The position numbers and the translations under genes were made by a program. The notes beneath the pieces are model-generated. The model was not told the origin of the DNA, did not search any database, and saw only the letters and a program-made list of their open reading frames with translations. DNA of 63,025 nucleotides, the filler included, from Choristocarpus tenellus KU-1152 (taxonomy: Eukaryota; Protista; Phaeophyceae), in NCBI GenBank assembly GCA_964200185.2. It is 11 parts of 11 records of this genome, joined end to end, with 100 filler letters (N's around TTAATTAATTAA, not from the genome) between each part and the next. Parts side by side here need not be neighbours in the genome. Positions count along the whole stretch, not along the records: positions 1 to 3,341 come from CAXNAD020020699.1; positions 3,442 to 7,533 come from CAXNAD020016268.1; positions 7,634 to 10,771 come from CAXNAD020022050.1; positions 10,872 to 14,098 come from CAXNAD020021409.1; 7 more parts are not named here. The stretch is one strand, 5' to 3'. This document shows, in pieces, positions 1-12,600 of this stretch (positions are counted from its first letter, which is position 1; each line of letters starts with the position of its first letter).

Positions 1-36
1 CCCCCCGGCACTTAGTGAGAGTGAGGAACCCTAAAA

Positions 37-250
37 TATCTGGAGAGGGGGTCCCAAAATAGTCAGCAGGTGCATTGCAACTTTTTTCAATAGGCTGGAA
101 AAAATAGAAAAAAAAAACAACTCAATTTCTGCTGAGTAAAAAAAGAAAACATATTGGAGAGAGTTCCAAACCATCCAGTAATTGTATTGCAGCTTTTTAT
201 AGCAGGTTACAAATTTATCCTGGAAAATTCTTGATTTCTGCTGTGTAAAT
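37..250. repeat. Degenerate ~110-bp direct repeat, 2 copies
   Basis: 37-140 (ATATCTGGAGAG..TGCATTGCAACTTTTT..ATTTCTGCTGAGTAAA) aligns with 151-250 (ATATTGGAGAGAG..TGTATTGCAGCTTTTT..ATTTCTGCTGTGTAAA). Confidence 0.55.
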
Positions 251-263
251 TATAGGGAGTTGA

Positions 264-523
264 GAGCCAAAAAATATCTTAGAGGGTTAGGCCACGTCCA
301 TTTGGGGGCCAAAATCCAATGTTGCGATTTTGGTGTAATTTTGGCTATCGTGTTTGTTAGGAAGTTTCAGGATCCTTGTTCTGGACACACCTCTCCATAA
401 CATATATATTTGACCTACTCTCAAACATGTTGGGGTGGGAAAATGTCATAAAAAAAACACGGGAAGCCAAGCCCCAAATGGGCAAACAGGGAAAAACCGG
501 TACCCTCTCAGATACTTTCAGTC
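264..523 (+). mobile_element. MITE family A (~260 bp), full copy
   Basis: Imperfect TIRs (GAGCCAAAAAATATCTTAGAGGGT / ACCCTCTCAGATACTTTCAGTC), inverted sub-terminal GTCCATTTGGGG / CCCCAAATGG, TGA duplicated on both flanks; homologous copies occur in four other contigs. Confidence 0.85.
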
Positions 524-1657
524 TGAAGTTTATGCAGGCATACAGATAGTAATTGACAGTTGAAGGTATACCCTAACACTGAATGATTTCTTTTCGGCAG
601 TTACGCCACTGATATCAGCCCTAACATAGTTTGGAGTATCATTATCTATATTTTTTCTTGCCCTGGTTCTTGTCAAACATAATACTTGTGTCTTCATAAT
701 AAATAAATATGATAGAATAGATTCCTTGGGTGGATCACCTTGTGTGTTCAAGGGATCTCGTTGCAGTGCCATTGTGAATATTGGATTCACTTGGGGAGGA
801 GTACTTCAGGATGATGTGACAGTCAGATGCATGTGAGGATATATTCTATACAGAAGTGTTACAATATCTTCCTGCTTAAATGCACCTGCATTATTTTGCA
901 ATTTTATACAGTGTCCCCTTGTCCGTCATGGTGACTCAATCTCTACAGTTAATTTCATCAAAGAGGTTTCGGTGTCACACTCAGAAGCTTCTCATTACTC
1001 TTTTTTTTTTTTTTTACGTGTGTATGTTTCAACACCAATTGGCGTTCATTGCCTCCTTGTACATCTTCCTTACCCCATTTTTGTATTTCAGTAGAGTACA
1101 TCAACACTCCTTGAGGTGATTTAGTTTATCGTGATCTCAATCCCCTTATTGATGCTCAAACCTTAACCCTACGCACACCAGCGCATACTGTGATTGGAAA
1201 CACGGAAACACGCCTTGTTGTAGAACATCGTTGAGGAAAGAACCTTCCCACATTCTATGCGCATGCCGTGTGTGGTGTGTTGACACCCTCACAAACCTCT
1301 GACCTACTGTGATAAAAGTAGTCAGCACTGACTACTCTCCCATGGTTCAGGGGCTCACTGAAATTTTTACAAGAACCAAATTTGGGATTTGCAAGGTGTC
1401 AGGCTTGATTAGGGACAGATGTGCAACCATGGCAGGGATCAAACCCGCGATTTTAGCAACTGTTTGAATATTTTTGTGAAAGCCCCTGAGCTGCCAAGAA
1501 AGTAATTGGTCCTTACAGCTTTCTCCCAGTGGCTCAGTGATTTGCTGGAGTTTCTACATGATACATACATACATACATACGTTACGTTTAACCGGTCATT
1601 GTTTTTATCTGACCCCTGCACAACTTTAAAAACTTTTTTTTTTCTCTTTCAAAACAG

Positions 1658-2975
1658 GTAGGTCCTGCTGAACAAAACGATAGAAGTACAAAGCACGGGG
1701 AATATGCAGTGCCAAGCAATAGAACGGTTTTCTTCACCCCCTTAATGTTTATCGTGTGCGGAGTGATGCTGCTGTGGGAGTTTTCATTGGAAGACTATAA
1801 CGCCGTTCCACTCTCGGAAAACCCTGCTTTTGGACCTAGTGTGGAGACCCTGGTGGAGGCTGGAGCTAAGGTGGCCACGAACATTGTGGATGAGGGAGAG
1901 ACATACCGACTTTTGAGTGGTGAGTGAATTCTGTACTGTCACTACTGTAGTGAGTACTTTGCTGAAGTTCTGGAAAAGTGGAAATGGTGGTGGGGGGGGG
2001 GGGGGGGGAGGAGAGGGGGAATAGTTAGAGATTTCTTGGTGGAGGGGTGCCGGAGTGTGGGGGTGGTAGCAGTNNNNNNNNNNTTTGGTGAAGTAGGAGA
2101 AGAGGGGGAATGGGGGGGGGGGGGGGGGGGTGCAGGAGAGAGGGTATTTGTAGATATTTCTTGGTGGTAGGATGCCGGAATGTTGGGTTGGTATCAGTTG
2201 TTGTCGAGAAGATGACAAGAATGTGAAAGAGGGTTCAAGTAGGTTACACCTTTTGGGGGGTGAATTGGAAAAGTAGGCAGTTTGAGGGGAGTTTTACGAA
2301 GTTACGAATATACCCCCAAAAGGTGATGATTTGAGCTTAATTGTTTGAGTCCCGTTACGTCAGATATTTTACTCTATATTAATTATTTTATGTATTTCTT
2401 AGGACAAGAAGTGTGCTATCAGTGACTACATTATACCATGTTGTATGAAGTGTTGAAAGAGGATGGTGATTGTTTATTTTGCTGCGCTTCTTATTTATTT
2501 TCCTAGTGCTAGAACTATTCTGAGTCGATCTTCCAGAAGGAGATTTTTTTTATACTGTGATACTATTATAATGGTTGTGTAGGTATTTGTTGCTTGGCAT
2601 CCACCTTGGAGAGTGGATAGGCTTGCGCTGTGATCCTACACATACTTTGCATACTGCTATGTTGTGCAGCGTAGCATTACTCTACATTGTATATTATTAT
2701 TATTATTCAAATTTTATTGGCAATGTTACCCAAATGCTATCGCTGTTCTTTTTTATTTTGATGTACTAGTTGTTGTCTTTGTCATCTGCTACACATAAAC
2801 GCACGTACATAAGTACCTTTGTATGTTGTTTTTTAATGTTGTGCTTGTGCTTGTTGGTTACTTCAATCCCTTGCCAGCCATGTTCCTTCATGCTGGTGTG
2901 ATTCACTACATCTTCAACATGATTGGGTTCATGCAGGTTGGGACAATGGTGGAAAGGGTCTTCGGTTGGTGGAAG
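1658..2975 (+). CDS. Rhomboid-family intramembrane serine protease, partial (2 exons)
   Basis: Exons ~1658-1919 and 2878-2975 join in phase (GT-AG): ...ENPAFGPSVETLVEAGAK...GETYRLLSAMFLHAGVIHYIFNMIGFMQVGTMVERVFGWWK, matching the rhomboid WR / FLHxxxxHxxxN / ExxxG motifs. Catalytic exons are beyond the contig end. Confidence 0.9.
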
Positions 2976-3341
2976 GTGGGTTACTATTATGTAGTACAAT
3001 TACTCTGAATTGGAGGCTGTTGTGTACTTTTGGGTTACCACATGTGGTGGGGGTGGGGGGGGGGGGTTGGTTCTGTGAAGTGGGTTGAAGTGCAATCGCC
3101 GTAATGTGAAATGTGTTTCTAATAATACTATTAGTCAGTAAGATAGTATTTCTTTAGTGTGTACTTTGGAATGTGTTATTTATACTGTGTGAAAAGAGTG
3201 TGGCTACGCTGTATGTACCATCTACAATAGTACTTGAGTATTTTGTGCTGTAGTGAATGCCATACAAGTAGTGTAGTCACCTTCCCGCCCCCCCGCCCCC
3301 CCGCCCCCCCCAACCTATTTAAGACACATTAGGCTCCAACC

Positions 3342-3441
3342 NNNNNNNNNNNNNNNNNNNNNNNNNNNNNNNNNNNNNNNNNNNNTTAATTAATTAANNN
3401 NNNNNNNNNNNNNNNNNNNNNNNNNNNNNNNNNNNNNNNNN
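3342..3441. other. Artificial contig linker (first of ten identical linkers)
   Basis: N44-TTAATTAATTAA-N44, with stops in all six frames; also at 7534-7633, 10772-10871, 14099-14198, 31467-31566, 34222-34321, 40610-40709, 44318-44417, 55111-55210 and 58036-58135. Confidence 0.99.
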
Positions 3442-3473
3442 GTGACACGCCAATGTGAATATTCAAGTGATTA

Positions 3474-3643
3474 GGGTCGAAGTATCTGGGGGGGGGGGTT
3501 GTGAGGGGGGTCCATTTCAGTCAAACAACTCTATTTTTTGCTGACATTTCAAATCCGACACGTGCGACCAAATCACACCAAAAAATTGAAAATCGAAAAA
3601 AGGGAGGAAAAGGGACGCCGGCAGCCTCCAGATACTTTGACCA
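3474..3643 (-). mobile_element. MITE family B, diverged copy
   Basis: TIRs GGTCGAAGTATCTGG / CCAGATACTTTGACC; internal ACCAAATCACAC is the reverse complement of the core of the 16442 copy. Confidence 0.7.
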
Positions 3644-4060
3644 ACTATGTGTATGTTGACCAATGTCCAGCATGGATAACTCTTGCTACTGCTGGAAAAC
3701 CGACAGGTGTAACTTCCCTCCTGGTATGATGCCTAGAGCATGCCCTTTGTCCTGGGGTTGTTTCTATCCTCACCCTTGGCTGAACCTCTCCTGCTGCTCC
3801 CCAGATTGGCACATTACTCAAACCCTCAATGTTCAAAGTAGTAGGCCCCAGTTGAAGTCAACATGGCACCATTTCTTCGAGCAACTCAAGATCAAGGCTG
3901 CCTATAGACATGGTGCAACATGTACCTGACCAATGAGATGCTTGTAACTACCCTGTCTAAATATGCAGGTACGGGTTACTACAAAAGCATGACCAAGGAG
4001 AACAGTGATGGAGATAACCTTGCTGAGGTGATATGGGATTGAACCACATGCTGCACTCAC

Positions 4061-5115
4061 TGCATAAAGTGGAGGGAGCATTGCCAGGTGGATACCCAGG
4101 TGCTGGGTCAGTCCCCCTTCTGGGTCAAGGTTTAGGAAGGTCGCTGTGATCTGAGCTGAAGTCGGCTCGCCCTGTTGGCACACGATATAGTATGCAGTGT
4201 ACTGATCGTGCTGAGTAATGGTCATATTGAATGAACCTGATTCGGTCACCTGAGGGGCAGGTGGAGGTACACAAGATATGGGGATGGTGGGTCGGTGAGG
4301 GGGTGAGAGTAGAAGATGATCCCATTGCCCGAGTACAATGCCAACTCCATCTTCTTGCAGATCGCGTCGACCTTCCGTAAGTGAAATGTTTCGGGCATTT
4401 TTCAATGCTAGAGGGTCGCAGGAGCGGTGCACAGCATGCAGCAGTTTCTCACCTCAAAGCGGCCAGAAGCGGGTGCTAAGCACGCCAAAGGTGGGTCTGT
4501 GGCTCCCAGGGTGTTGTCCTCGAGGATAGGATCGTACCAACCACTCGAAGCCTCAATTCCTGCAAGTACAATATACCCAGCTGCTCGTTGTTCCCCGTTA
4601 AGCAAACTAACGGGAAGTACGCGGCAGTTGGAGACGACGGCTGCGTCACAGGATAGAAAGGTTTGCTTTGAAAAGGTTGGTGCCAACGAATAGAAAGAAA
4701 CGTGGAGTTGTGGAGTCGATAATTTGGGGTGCCAACTTTTCTTGGGTAGGACTGCCATCAGACCCGATACCCTTCACGCGTACTTTAGTGTGTAGAAAGA
4801 AGGAATCACCTTGATACACGCGCTCTACGCTCCACAATGGTACCCTCCAAGAACTCACATATCTCCCCCACTTTTCACGTCAACATCAAACTTGACAAGA
4901 CCTCCTGCAGCCATGCCGAAGTCATCGATAATGGTGACAACCGACGGACCAGGCTTGTCAAACAACCGGGTGTCGATCTTTGCCAAGCAAGGAGGTCCTA
5001 AGAAGCCCAAAGTTAAGCAAGCGAGACAAACGACCTGTACGGGCAAACGAGTATTCTTGGTCAAACCGGTACGACACCGGACAGGAGATGTGTGATTCCT
5101 CGCACCAATTCCCAT
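4061..5115 (-). CDS. GOST-family (GPR107/GPR108/TMEM87-like) protein, N-terminal lumenal domain, partial
   Basis: Exons 5115-4859, 4606-4453 and 4249-4061 join in phase. A hydrophobic signal-like segment is followed by KIDTRLF..IIDDFGMAAGGLVKFDVDV..DQYTAYYIVC..FLNLDPEGGLTQHLGIHLAMLPPLYA, resembling the FG..G and N..HL....LPxLY motifs that precede TM1 in this family. The exon 2 acceptor is tentative. Confidence 0.65.
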
Positions 5116-5406
5116 GGTACTCTACCGTCGTGCCTCCAGAGGGGAGGAGAACGAGGATGGGTGGATCCTGAGACTTTCCACGCACGGCATCTCCTTCATC
5201 TGCAAGGCAGATCCATGTTTCCAGTGCTAATGTTACCTCTACTCAACAATTGAATTTCTCTGTTTTGGGAGGGTTTAAGTGATATGTAAGGCGTTCTTCA
5301 GATTTTGGACTAATCTCTACTCTTTATGTAGGTCTTCCTCTATCCTACTATACCACCTTGTATAGCCTACACATACGCAGTAAACCCTTCTTGGTACACG
5401 AATGCG

Positions 5407-6962
5407 ATGTTCTCCAGTGCTTCGGCAGTGTACGGACTGAAGCGTCCTGCAAGGTGCATAGCCGCCCCAGCTCCAGCCAACACGGAGGAGCAGGAAACGC
5501 CAAGATTTCTTGTTGGTACCTGTAGTCTACGAGAGGATAATGAACTGCACCTTCTGGGCTTCCACGAGGACACGAATGAGCTCTTTTGCGAACAGGTGCA
5601 CCAAGACCTAATATCGATCTCTAGGCTAGTGTAGGTGAACTCTGCTCAATCGTTTAAGGATGTCACCGACCGTCTTTGTCAAAAAGCGTTAGACTAATAG
5701 TTCACAGGTTTTCGACGCCAACCTCTCCCCCTCCGTCACACGACCAGATATTCTCCATCCCTGATGAAGTATGGGGTATAAGTCCTTCGATATGGGATCA
5801 GTCACTGGTTCTCATTTGCCAAAACACGAGCAGGACGCAACCATATTTGGAAGGAGGGGCATTCAAGGTGTATTGGTGTGATGGATGACGAATGAATTGC
5901 TGCTTGGCTTTGTGGACAAACTTCTTGATTAGTCCCGTTCACTGAGGTACTTGTGCCACCCCGCTCATATTTTTTTGGGTGATAATTTGTCTTGCGAGTA
6001 GGTCGTCCACAACTACCCACTACATGCCTTGCTTATTTTTGTTCATGTTTCTAGTTCTTGGAGAGTCCACCTCTTTCTTGTTGCAAGATGACAAAGAGTA
6101 ACTTGGAGACCTCATTGTGTAAAGGTCGCGTTATGGAAGCTGCCGGAGACGAATACTGAAGATGTATTGAATGACAGCACGGATATGGCTGAAATTGAAG
6201 CACCGAAAGTCCCACTAGGGGACCCAAAGTCAGAGGTTTGCTCTTTTGACATTGCAGCCACTTCAATGCTTTGGAGCCCGATGGCTTCACACGGGGATAG
6301 CATTGTCACTCTTGGAGATGGCCGATTGACGCATTGGAACTTAGCAGAAGGGGGGTGAGTAAAGCATGTCATGATAAGTAGGAAACGGTCAACTTAATTG
6401 AATTGGTGTTTTGAGTTTGCATTACGTGCCAACTTTGTTGTGATGTTGTGGTTCAAATGGCCACCAGCGCATCCTCAGACATATGGTTACATTGAGTGCT
6501 TTCCTAGGTCTTCTCCTCACCCTGCCCTGGCATCCCATACTATGCCTGGTAAGCAAGGCGGTTCACTGCTTCTCTTCACAGGCATGCAGGTACATTGAGT
6601 GCTGTGAGGGGTTCCTGATTTCACCTCCCCTTTCAGGGTTAAAACGATGGTATGTTATTTCTTGCTAAACTGCATATGAATTAGTCCATTTCCGTGGTCC
6701 CATTTAACACCATTGTCTTTCCCCCATCGGTACTAATGCCATGTCCACAAATGTCATGTCCATCATCCTCTCTCTATACCTGGGGGTGGAACTGTCTGTG
6801 GGATGTTAGATTTAATGAGGTGGGAACTGTCTCTGTATGTAGCAAAGGCCCTGCTGCTGCTGCTCGGCTAGCCCCAGCAGCAGCCTGGGACCCACATCGA
6901 CCAGATCAAATTGCAACAGCTGTGGGCTGTTCATTGGTGTGCTGGGACCTGCGTACAATGAG
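5407..6962 (+). CDS. EIPR1: EARP/GARP-interacting WD40 protein (EIPR1/TSSC1, plant DWA2 homolog), partial
   Basis: Exons 5407-5595, 5748-5867, 6125-6354 and 6810-6962 are in phase: VYGLKRPARCI..RFLVGTCSLREDNELHLLGF..EVWGISPS..WDPHRPDQIATA..WDLRTM, matching the EIPR1 signatures (YGLxxxAR, RFLVGT.SL..DN). Confidence 0.92.
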
Positions 6963-7727
6963 GTGAGATCAACATCATGGAATCGAATCTTGACGGTTAG
7001 TACAAACCCTAACCCTAAGCGGTTATATCACTCCCTGGTCACCGCCTTTTGTTCCCATCATGTCCCTTTGCATGTGGTATTCAAAGATCGCGCTGGTATG
7101 GCATTGAACTGCGTCAAAGAGTTGATCTTTTTGTTTACCTGAGTGCGGTCCTAGCGTGAGTTGTTTGGCATGTGATGGTATTACTTCATTGCAGGAGAGC
7201 GGCTTGCTCCTGATGCAAGTAGTGCTAGTGTGCGATTTCCTTATGTGCTTTGATTCACACCGCATATGTCGTAGGGCTAGGGTTAGCTTGAACTCACTTG
7301 TAAAATCATTCGGTAGAAAAGCTAACTTTAGCCGGAGGTTGATTGGCAACCAATAAAGGGTGGACAATGAAACGATGTTAACCCTGGAGATTCCAGGAGA
7401 TACGTGCATGGACATTGGGGGAGGACTCACCTTTCACTTGAGAAAGGAAACAGAAATGTGGTTCCCAGAATGTTCTAGGGAGGAAGGTAGCAGACGCCTA
7501 ATGGGCACCCGTCGTCAACTGTACACTCCCCCCNNNNNNNNNNNNNNNNNNNNNNNNNNNNNNNNNNNNNNNNNNNNTTAATTAATTAANNNNNNNNNNN
7601 NNNNNNNNNNNNNNNNNNNNNNNNNNNNNNNNNCGCAAGCTCGAGCACAAAGGGGCCTTGCGCAGACCTCTCTCCTCTCTCTTCCACTTTATCCCCCCCC
7701 TCCTTACCCCCTGAACGATTTGGGCAG

Positions 7728-8784
7728 TACAATCCTGTGACAGGAAAACCTGTATTTCTTTGCATGGTGATCGAGGACAGCGATGGCAGGGCTCTAAAGT
7801 TCAGGACTCGAACTAAGGCAGAGTATGCCCGCATAAGAACTGGCATGCAGGCTGAGGCAATTCTGGTGCGCAATGTGATTGGGTTGAAGACCCCTGGGTA
7901 CTGGAGGGAGGGGGGGGAGTTCCAGAGGGTTAGGAATTGGAGGCGTTTTTGGGGGTGGATGAGTACATGAGAGGAAGGATGCGGAGGAAATGGGAAGGGA
8001 AGTAGTGGTGAAGTGTGTATGTGCATATGCACACAATGTAAGAAGGAAGCTGAATAACAAGAGAGTTAGGAGGAAGATTGAAGCCTGTCCAAGAAAGGGC
8101 CTGGAGGGGGTATGTACAGGATTCGTAAGGGAAGTTTTTTCCTGTGCTGAGACCTCTGCCGCTCTGCTCAGGGGGAGGATGGAATGGGGATGTTTTTGTG
8201 AGGTTAGGGGCTGTGCAACTCAGTGTAGAATGTCAAACGTTAGGTTGTTGGCAGTACACGGGTTGGTCGGCAGTGGTTTTATGCATGTATGGACTTTATT
8301 TTGTCCATCTGTTGGGAGTTTATTTCCTATGATTGGTGATATGAATATAATATAACATCATATTATATATATATATATGTGAGGGATGTTTTTTGTGATG
8401 TGGCGTGACTGCGTTTGTTTCATTTGTGTATCTAAACATTGTCGTGCTTTTATTGAAGCGGTTTTCTGTTTGTGCCCCCTCTTGCCTCTCCTCTTGCCGG
8501 GCCCAGCCTCCGGGCGTCAGTGGGATCACGATGGAAGCTCAAAACGATTCATAGGCACCCAAGTAACTAATGATTTCTAAAGTGAAAGGCGTTGCATGAT
8601 AGATAACGCCTGATTTTTTAGTCCAACATCCTCCCTAGTTCCTTAATGAATTGGTTTCAGTGTTGACTTGGCCTTGCAGTTACTCATCCTCACTCCTGGT
8701 ACCTTACCCTTATCCTTACCGTTACCCTTGCCCTTTGATGTGTCTATGATCAATCCATCACAACCCACTTTCCCCATTCTGTCT

Positions 8785-8824
<40 letters not shown>

Positions 8825-10771
8825 ACCCGGCCCCACCAAACTACATCTTGTTTTGTATTATATCCATCGTCGCGTGTTTCGTGTGTGTTGGGGTNNNNNN
8901 NNNNCCCTCCCTTATTTATTTCATTTTTCAAACCCTCAACCCCCACCATTCCCCCTTTTTTTCCCCCCCCCCCCCCCCCCCCTTGCTGTAGGTGAGCCCT
9001 GACAAGGACTTTGAGAATATTACTGGTGTATCGGACACGTTTGTTCCAGCGGCTGGTGTTTGGGTGGGCGAATACCCATTCCTGGACAAGGTTTGGATGT
9101 TATTTTGTTGGATATGTGTGTGTGTGTGTGTTCATCCAAGGAATGTAAGGATTCATTGCAGGGAAACACTCTTGTTGAGGGCAATATTGAGGGCAAGGGA
9201 ATTGGTTTTGAGTGCACTGTACAGGGCTATCACGGGTTGGCTGGTTGGTGAGTTGACAGGGTGCAAGGAGGGCTGGGACGAATAAATGCACATGGGGGTA
9301 GCATGGTGTCAGGCAGAGGAAGGTATGGTAACGGGTGCATGCCCAAGAGTTTGGGTGGGTTTGCTAAAGGTGTCGGAGGCGGGTAAGCTGTGTGAAATGA
9401 GTGTGGTAGAAACCAGAACCGCCATTGAAATATGTGCTACCAGCGTAAGATTCATGTTGCGTGGTCCGAATGATCACGTACCGTGTCAACTGGTTCAATT
9501 ACGGTACTTGATTGTGCCTCTTTCCCCTCCAAATTTCCATCGCCGCACCTTAACGCAATATTTTTGCGGAAAACTTTGCACCCCGCACTTTGCCTCTTTC
9601 AAGATCACTGTTACCATGCCATATTATGTATATACATTTGTATAACCTACCGTATTTTTCCCCCCCCCCCCCTAAATTTTCATTACAGGGCCCATAACTT
9701 TTTTTTTCACTTGACCTTTTCACGTAGGTACGCNNNNNNNNNNCTACCGTATTTTTCCCCCCCCCCCCGATAATTTCCATTACGGTACCAAATGATTTAT
9801 TTCGCAGTAGACCTTACCGTGAGAATACTGTGGTATTTCCGATTTTCCTCTTAGTGTAGTGAAGTGTGAGGTCATGGCGGTTACGGCGGTTACGAGCCGT
9901 GAAGTGTTCTCCAAGAGAGTTGAAGTTGTCTGGTATGGATGCACACTTGTATGTATGTGTGGAGCAACCTTGTGAATGGATCTGAAGTGTAAGGGTGCCG
10001 GAAATATTGACGAGCACAACGTGTGAGGGTGTGAGGGATAGCAAGAATATGAGCACTCTCCTTTACATGGCTCTTTCGCACTTCATTACACTTCCTCAGT
10101 CAGGTGCATTACAAGGAATTGGATGTATGTTGACGAAGAAGGCTCAACAGTGCTCGCCCTCCTTGGAGCCCAAAAGCTGTCACCTATTGGTGCTGAATTG
10201 TGTTCTGTACCCATAGCTTGCACCTTGCTCCTCTTACTGGCTGTCCTCTACCGCTGAGGCAACCTCTATTGTGCCTGGCTCGGTCTAAAGTTTCTTCTTC
10301 TTTTTTTCCTCTTATATGCTGCTGCTCTGTCTGTTGATGGGATCAAGGTGGCTATGCGTCGTTTTTTGTCTAGACGTTATGCATCAGGCCGTGGTCGAGT
10401 GGGGGGAGAGGAAGAGGAAGAGGAAGAGAAAGAATGCTGGGAAGAGCGATTATTGGGCAGGAGGAAGGAAAGTAGTAGTCAGGGGAGAGACCCCCGCATT
10501 TGGAAGGATGACTTGGTGGAAAGAGGGGAATGGCAGTCAACGGGTGAGGCAGGGATGGGTGAAGGGCTGAGGCAATACGGATCAGGAAGGGCTGATGTCT
10601 TGGGATCTCAGGGTGGCCCGGTGGGGCAGCGAGGTCGATCAGGTTCTGTGCAAGTGTATAGACCTCTTGTCGAGGAGGGGGAGGGGGAGGGGGAGGGGGA
10701 GGGGGATGGAGAGCGGGAGGGGGAGGGGAAGGGAGAGGGTGTAGGTGGCGGTGGTAGCCTTATCAATAAAA
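7728..10771 (+). CDS. Conserved hypothetical protein of cyanobacterial/plastid-lineage type, partial
   Basis: Exons 7728-7865, 8992-9090 and probably 10348 to the contig end, all phase 0: LCMVIEDSDGRALKFR..IRTGMQAEAILVSPDKDFENITGVSDTFVPAAGVWVGEYPFLDK|VAMRRFL, then an acidic/Gly-rich tail. Resembles, from recall, the C-terminal half of an uncharacterised cyanobacterial protein often auto-labelled 'phosphate ABC transporter permease'. Confidence 0.6.
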
Positions 10772-10944
10772 NNNNNNNNNNNNNNNNNNNNNNNNNNNNN
10801 NNNNNNNNNNNNNNNTTAATTAATTAANNNNNNNNNNNNNNNNNNNNNNNNNNNNNNNNNNNNNNNNNNNNACGGTATAACGGTATATGGCATACGGCAA
10901 TAACGGTATAATAACATACAAACATGCTTTCCACAGTAGCTATT

Positions 10945-11005
10945 ATACATATTATTATACCCTCTGACATTTTGCAGATGTGTCATGGGGAAAACCAATG
11001 AAACC
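10945..11005 (-). mobile_element. 5'-truncated 3' end of the CRE/RLE-like LINE
   Basis: The reverse complement reads TTCATTGGTTTTCCCCATGACACATCTGCAAAATGTCAGAGGGTATAATAAT, matching the 3' end and (AAT) tail at 14660-14723 and 60500-60559. Confidence 0.8.
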
Positions 11006-11799
11006 ATCCAAATGTCAGAACAACCCCTAAAAAAGTAACAGCGGTATTAAAATGTGAAAGACATTTTTCAAATTATTATTTCACCGCTGCCCTGGACCTC
11101 TAACCTAACTTAGTCCTGCACCAAAGTCCTCTCCTGCCGTAGCCTCCTGCCCATCTGCCCCTTACTGTGTGTGCAGCCAATTCATCCAGCGTTATTTACT
11201 ATTTGAATATTTGATGTTGCGGAGAGAAGGTTTGTTATCATACAGTTAATCGCTGTATGTCATATGTCATCATATCGTTTGAGGTTCCTTGTCAGGAATC
11301 TTGCATTCCAGTGGAGGATCTTCTATGAAACTGAGGCATGGAACCTCTTCAACAGATCAGTTCCACAAGTAGTGGACTTCTCTTCATTCAGAAATGCCAA
11401 GGATCAAGGAGTCCCTTTGACGCGACACCACGTCCTACCACTCTGATGATCCACTGTCTCACGAGATCCCTCCCCACTCTGCAGTCTTGCAATGTCCAAC
11501 CTTAACCTCATCCTCACAGCTATGGTTCGTCTTGGTCTATCTGATTCATATTGCCTGATGATTCTCTTCACGACCCTTGCCCTGAACAAGGGGAGTCAGT
11601 CAATAAACATAAACGACCCATCCATTTGACTTGGGACAACGAACGTTTTTTTGTTATTTTGAATATTATGCCAAGATACGTTTTGGCCCATATTGGATAG
11701 AACCCCGTTCATGGTCACATAGGGATGTACCACACACAGGGTACCTCTTGCATACTTTGGTCATACCGTGCACAACAAAATGTTGCTGTCTCATTCCTA

Positions 11800-12600
11800 C
11801 CATCATGCCTGCATCACCAAAGTAGACCTGGGCAAAAACATCGGTGCAGAGAGTGTACCTCCATGGAATTTGTGGCACTGTGAATTTGGTTAGGGACAAT
11901 GAGATGAAGCGTTGTGTTTCAATTGTCACACTACCAATGAATATACTTCTGATCAGGAGAAGAGTGACGAGGGCAACAGTGAAGATGAGGTGGCTGCAGC
12001 GGTGGGTCATAACCTAGTGCACTTGACAAAATGTCCATAACCAGACAAGATCGAGCTCCTGCAAAAACTGAATGTAAGTGTCCACCAAAGAGAGGAGAGA
12101 AAGGGAGACTGTGACGTTAACTTCTTGAGGAAGGCGTTGAGGAATACCTACGTCGACAAGGCTGACGAGCTCCCAAGCAACAACAGCATCACTGAGACTC
12201 AGAAATGACTGCAACCAGAAGAAGGTTAGGGGGTGTAGTTGAGTCCTTAGCACAGAACCTCAGGGATGAGTTAGTGGAGGTAGTTTGTGTTACAAGACCA
12301 ATGGGTAAAACTGTTGAGGAAGGGTGTGATTGAGGAGACCAGAATCAGATACAGACAGGATGGTGATGGTGGCTATGGTGATGGCAGCAGAGGGGCAAGC
12401 CTTCCTCACCTCCACATCCATTTATTGAAGTGACACTATCACAACTTCCTGAATTGGAGGCGAAGGTGAAAGAGGGTAGATTAGATCGGAACTGTGCTTT
12501 GCCGCACAACAAGGAAAAATGAGTTCTTGAGTGTTGTATAGCTTCGAGACCTTCAATGCAGACAGGTATCAAACAGTTCTTTGGCAGATGGATGTTATTA
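11800..12600 (+). pseudogene. Possible pogo/Tigger (CENP-B HTH) transposase relic
   Basis: Frameshifted fragments HRCREC / YLHGICG..DNEMKRC (Cys/His motif), then LT..DKIELLQKL (CENP-B/psq HTH-like) and PPHPFIEV..ELEAK; many stops. Confidence 0.35.

Noticed and set aside
1430-1465. T-arm/B-box-like motif on the minus strand (also ~32508-32530)
   Set aside because: No cloverleaf or A-box is present; too short to call a tRNA or SINE.
1957-2180. Direct duplications flanking the 10-N gaps (also 8760-8985 and 9645-9790)
   Set aside because: These are noisy near-copies on either side of a scaffold gap beside homopolymers, most likely unmerged low-quality read ends.
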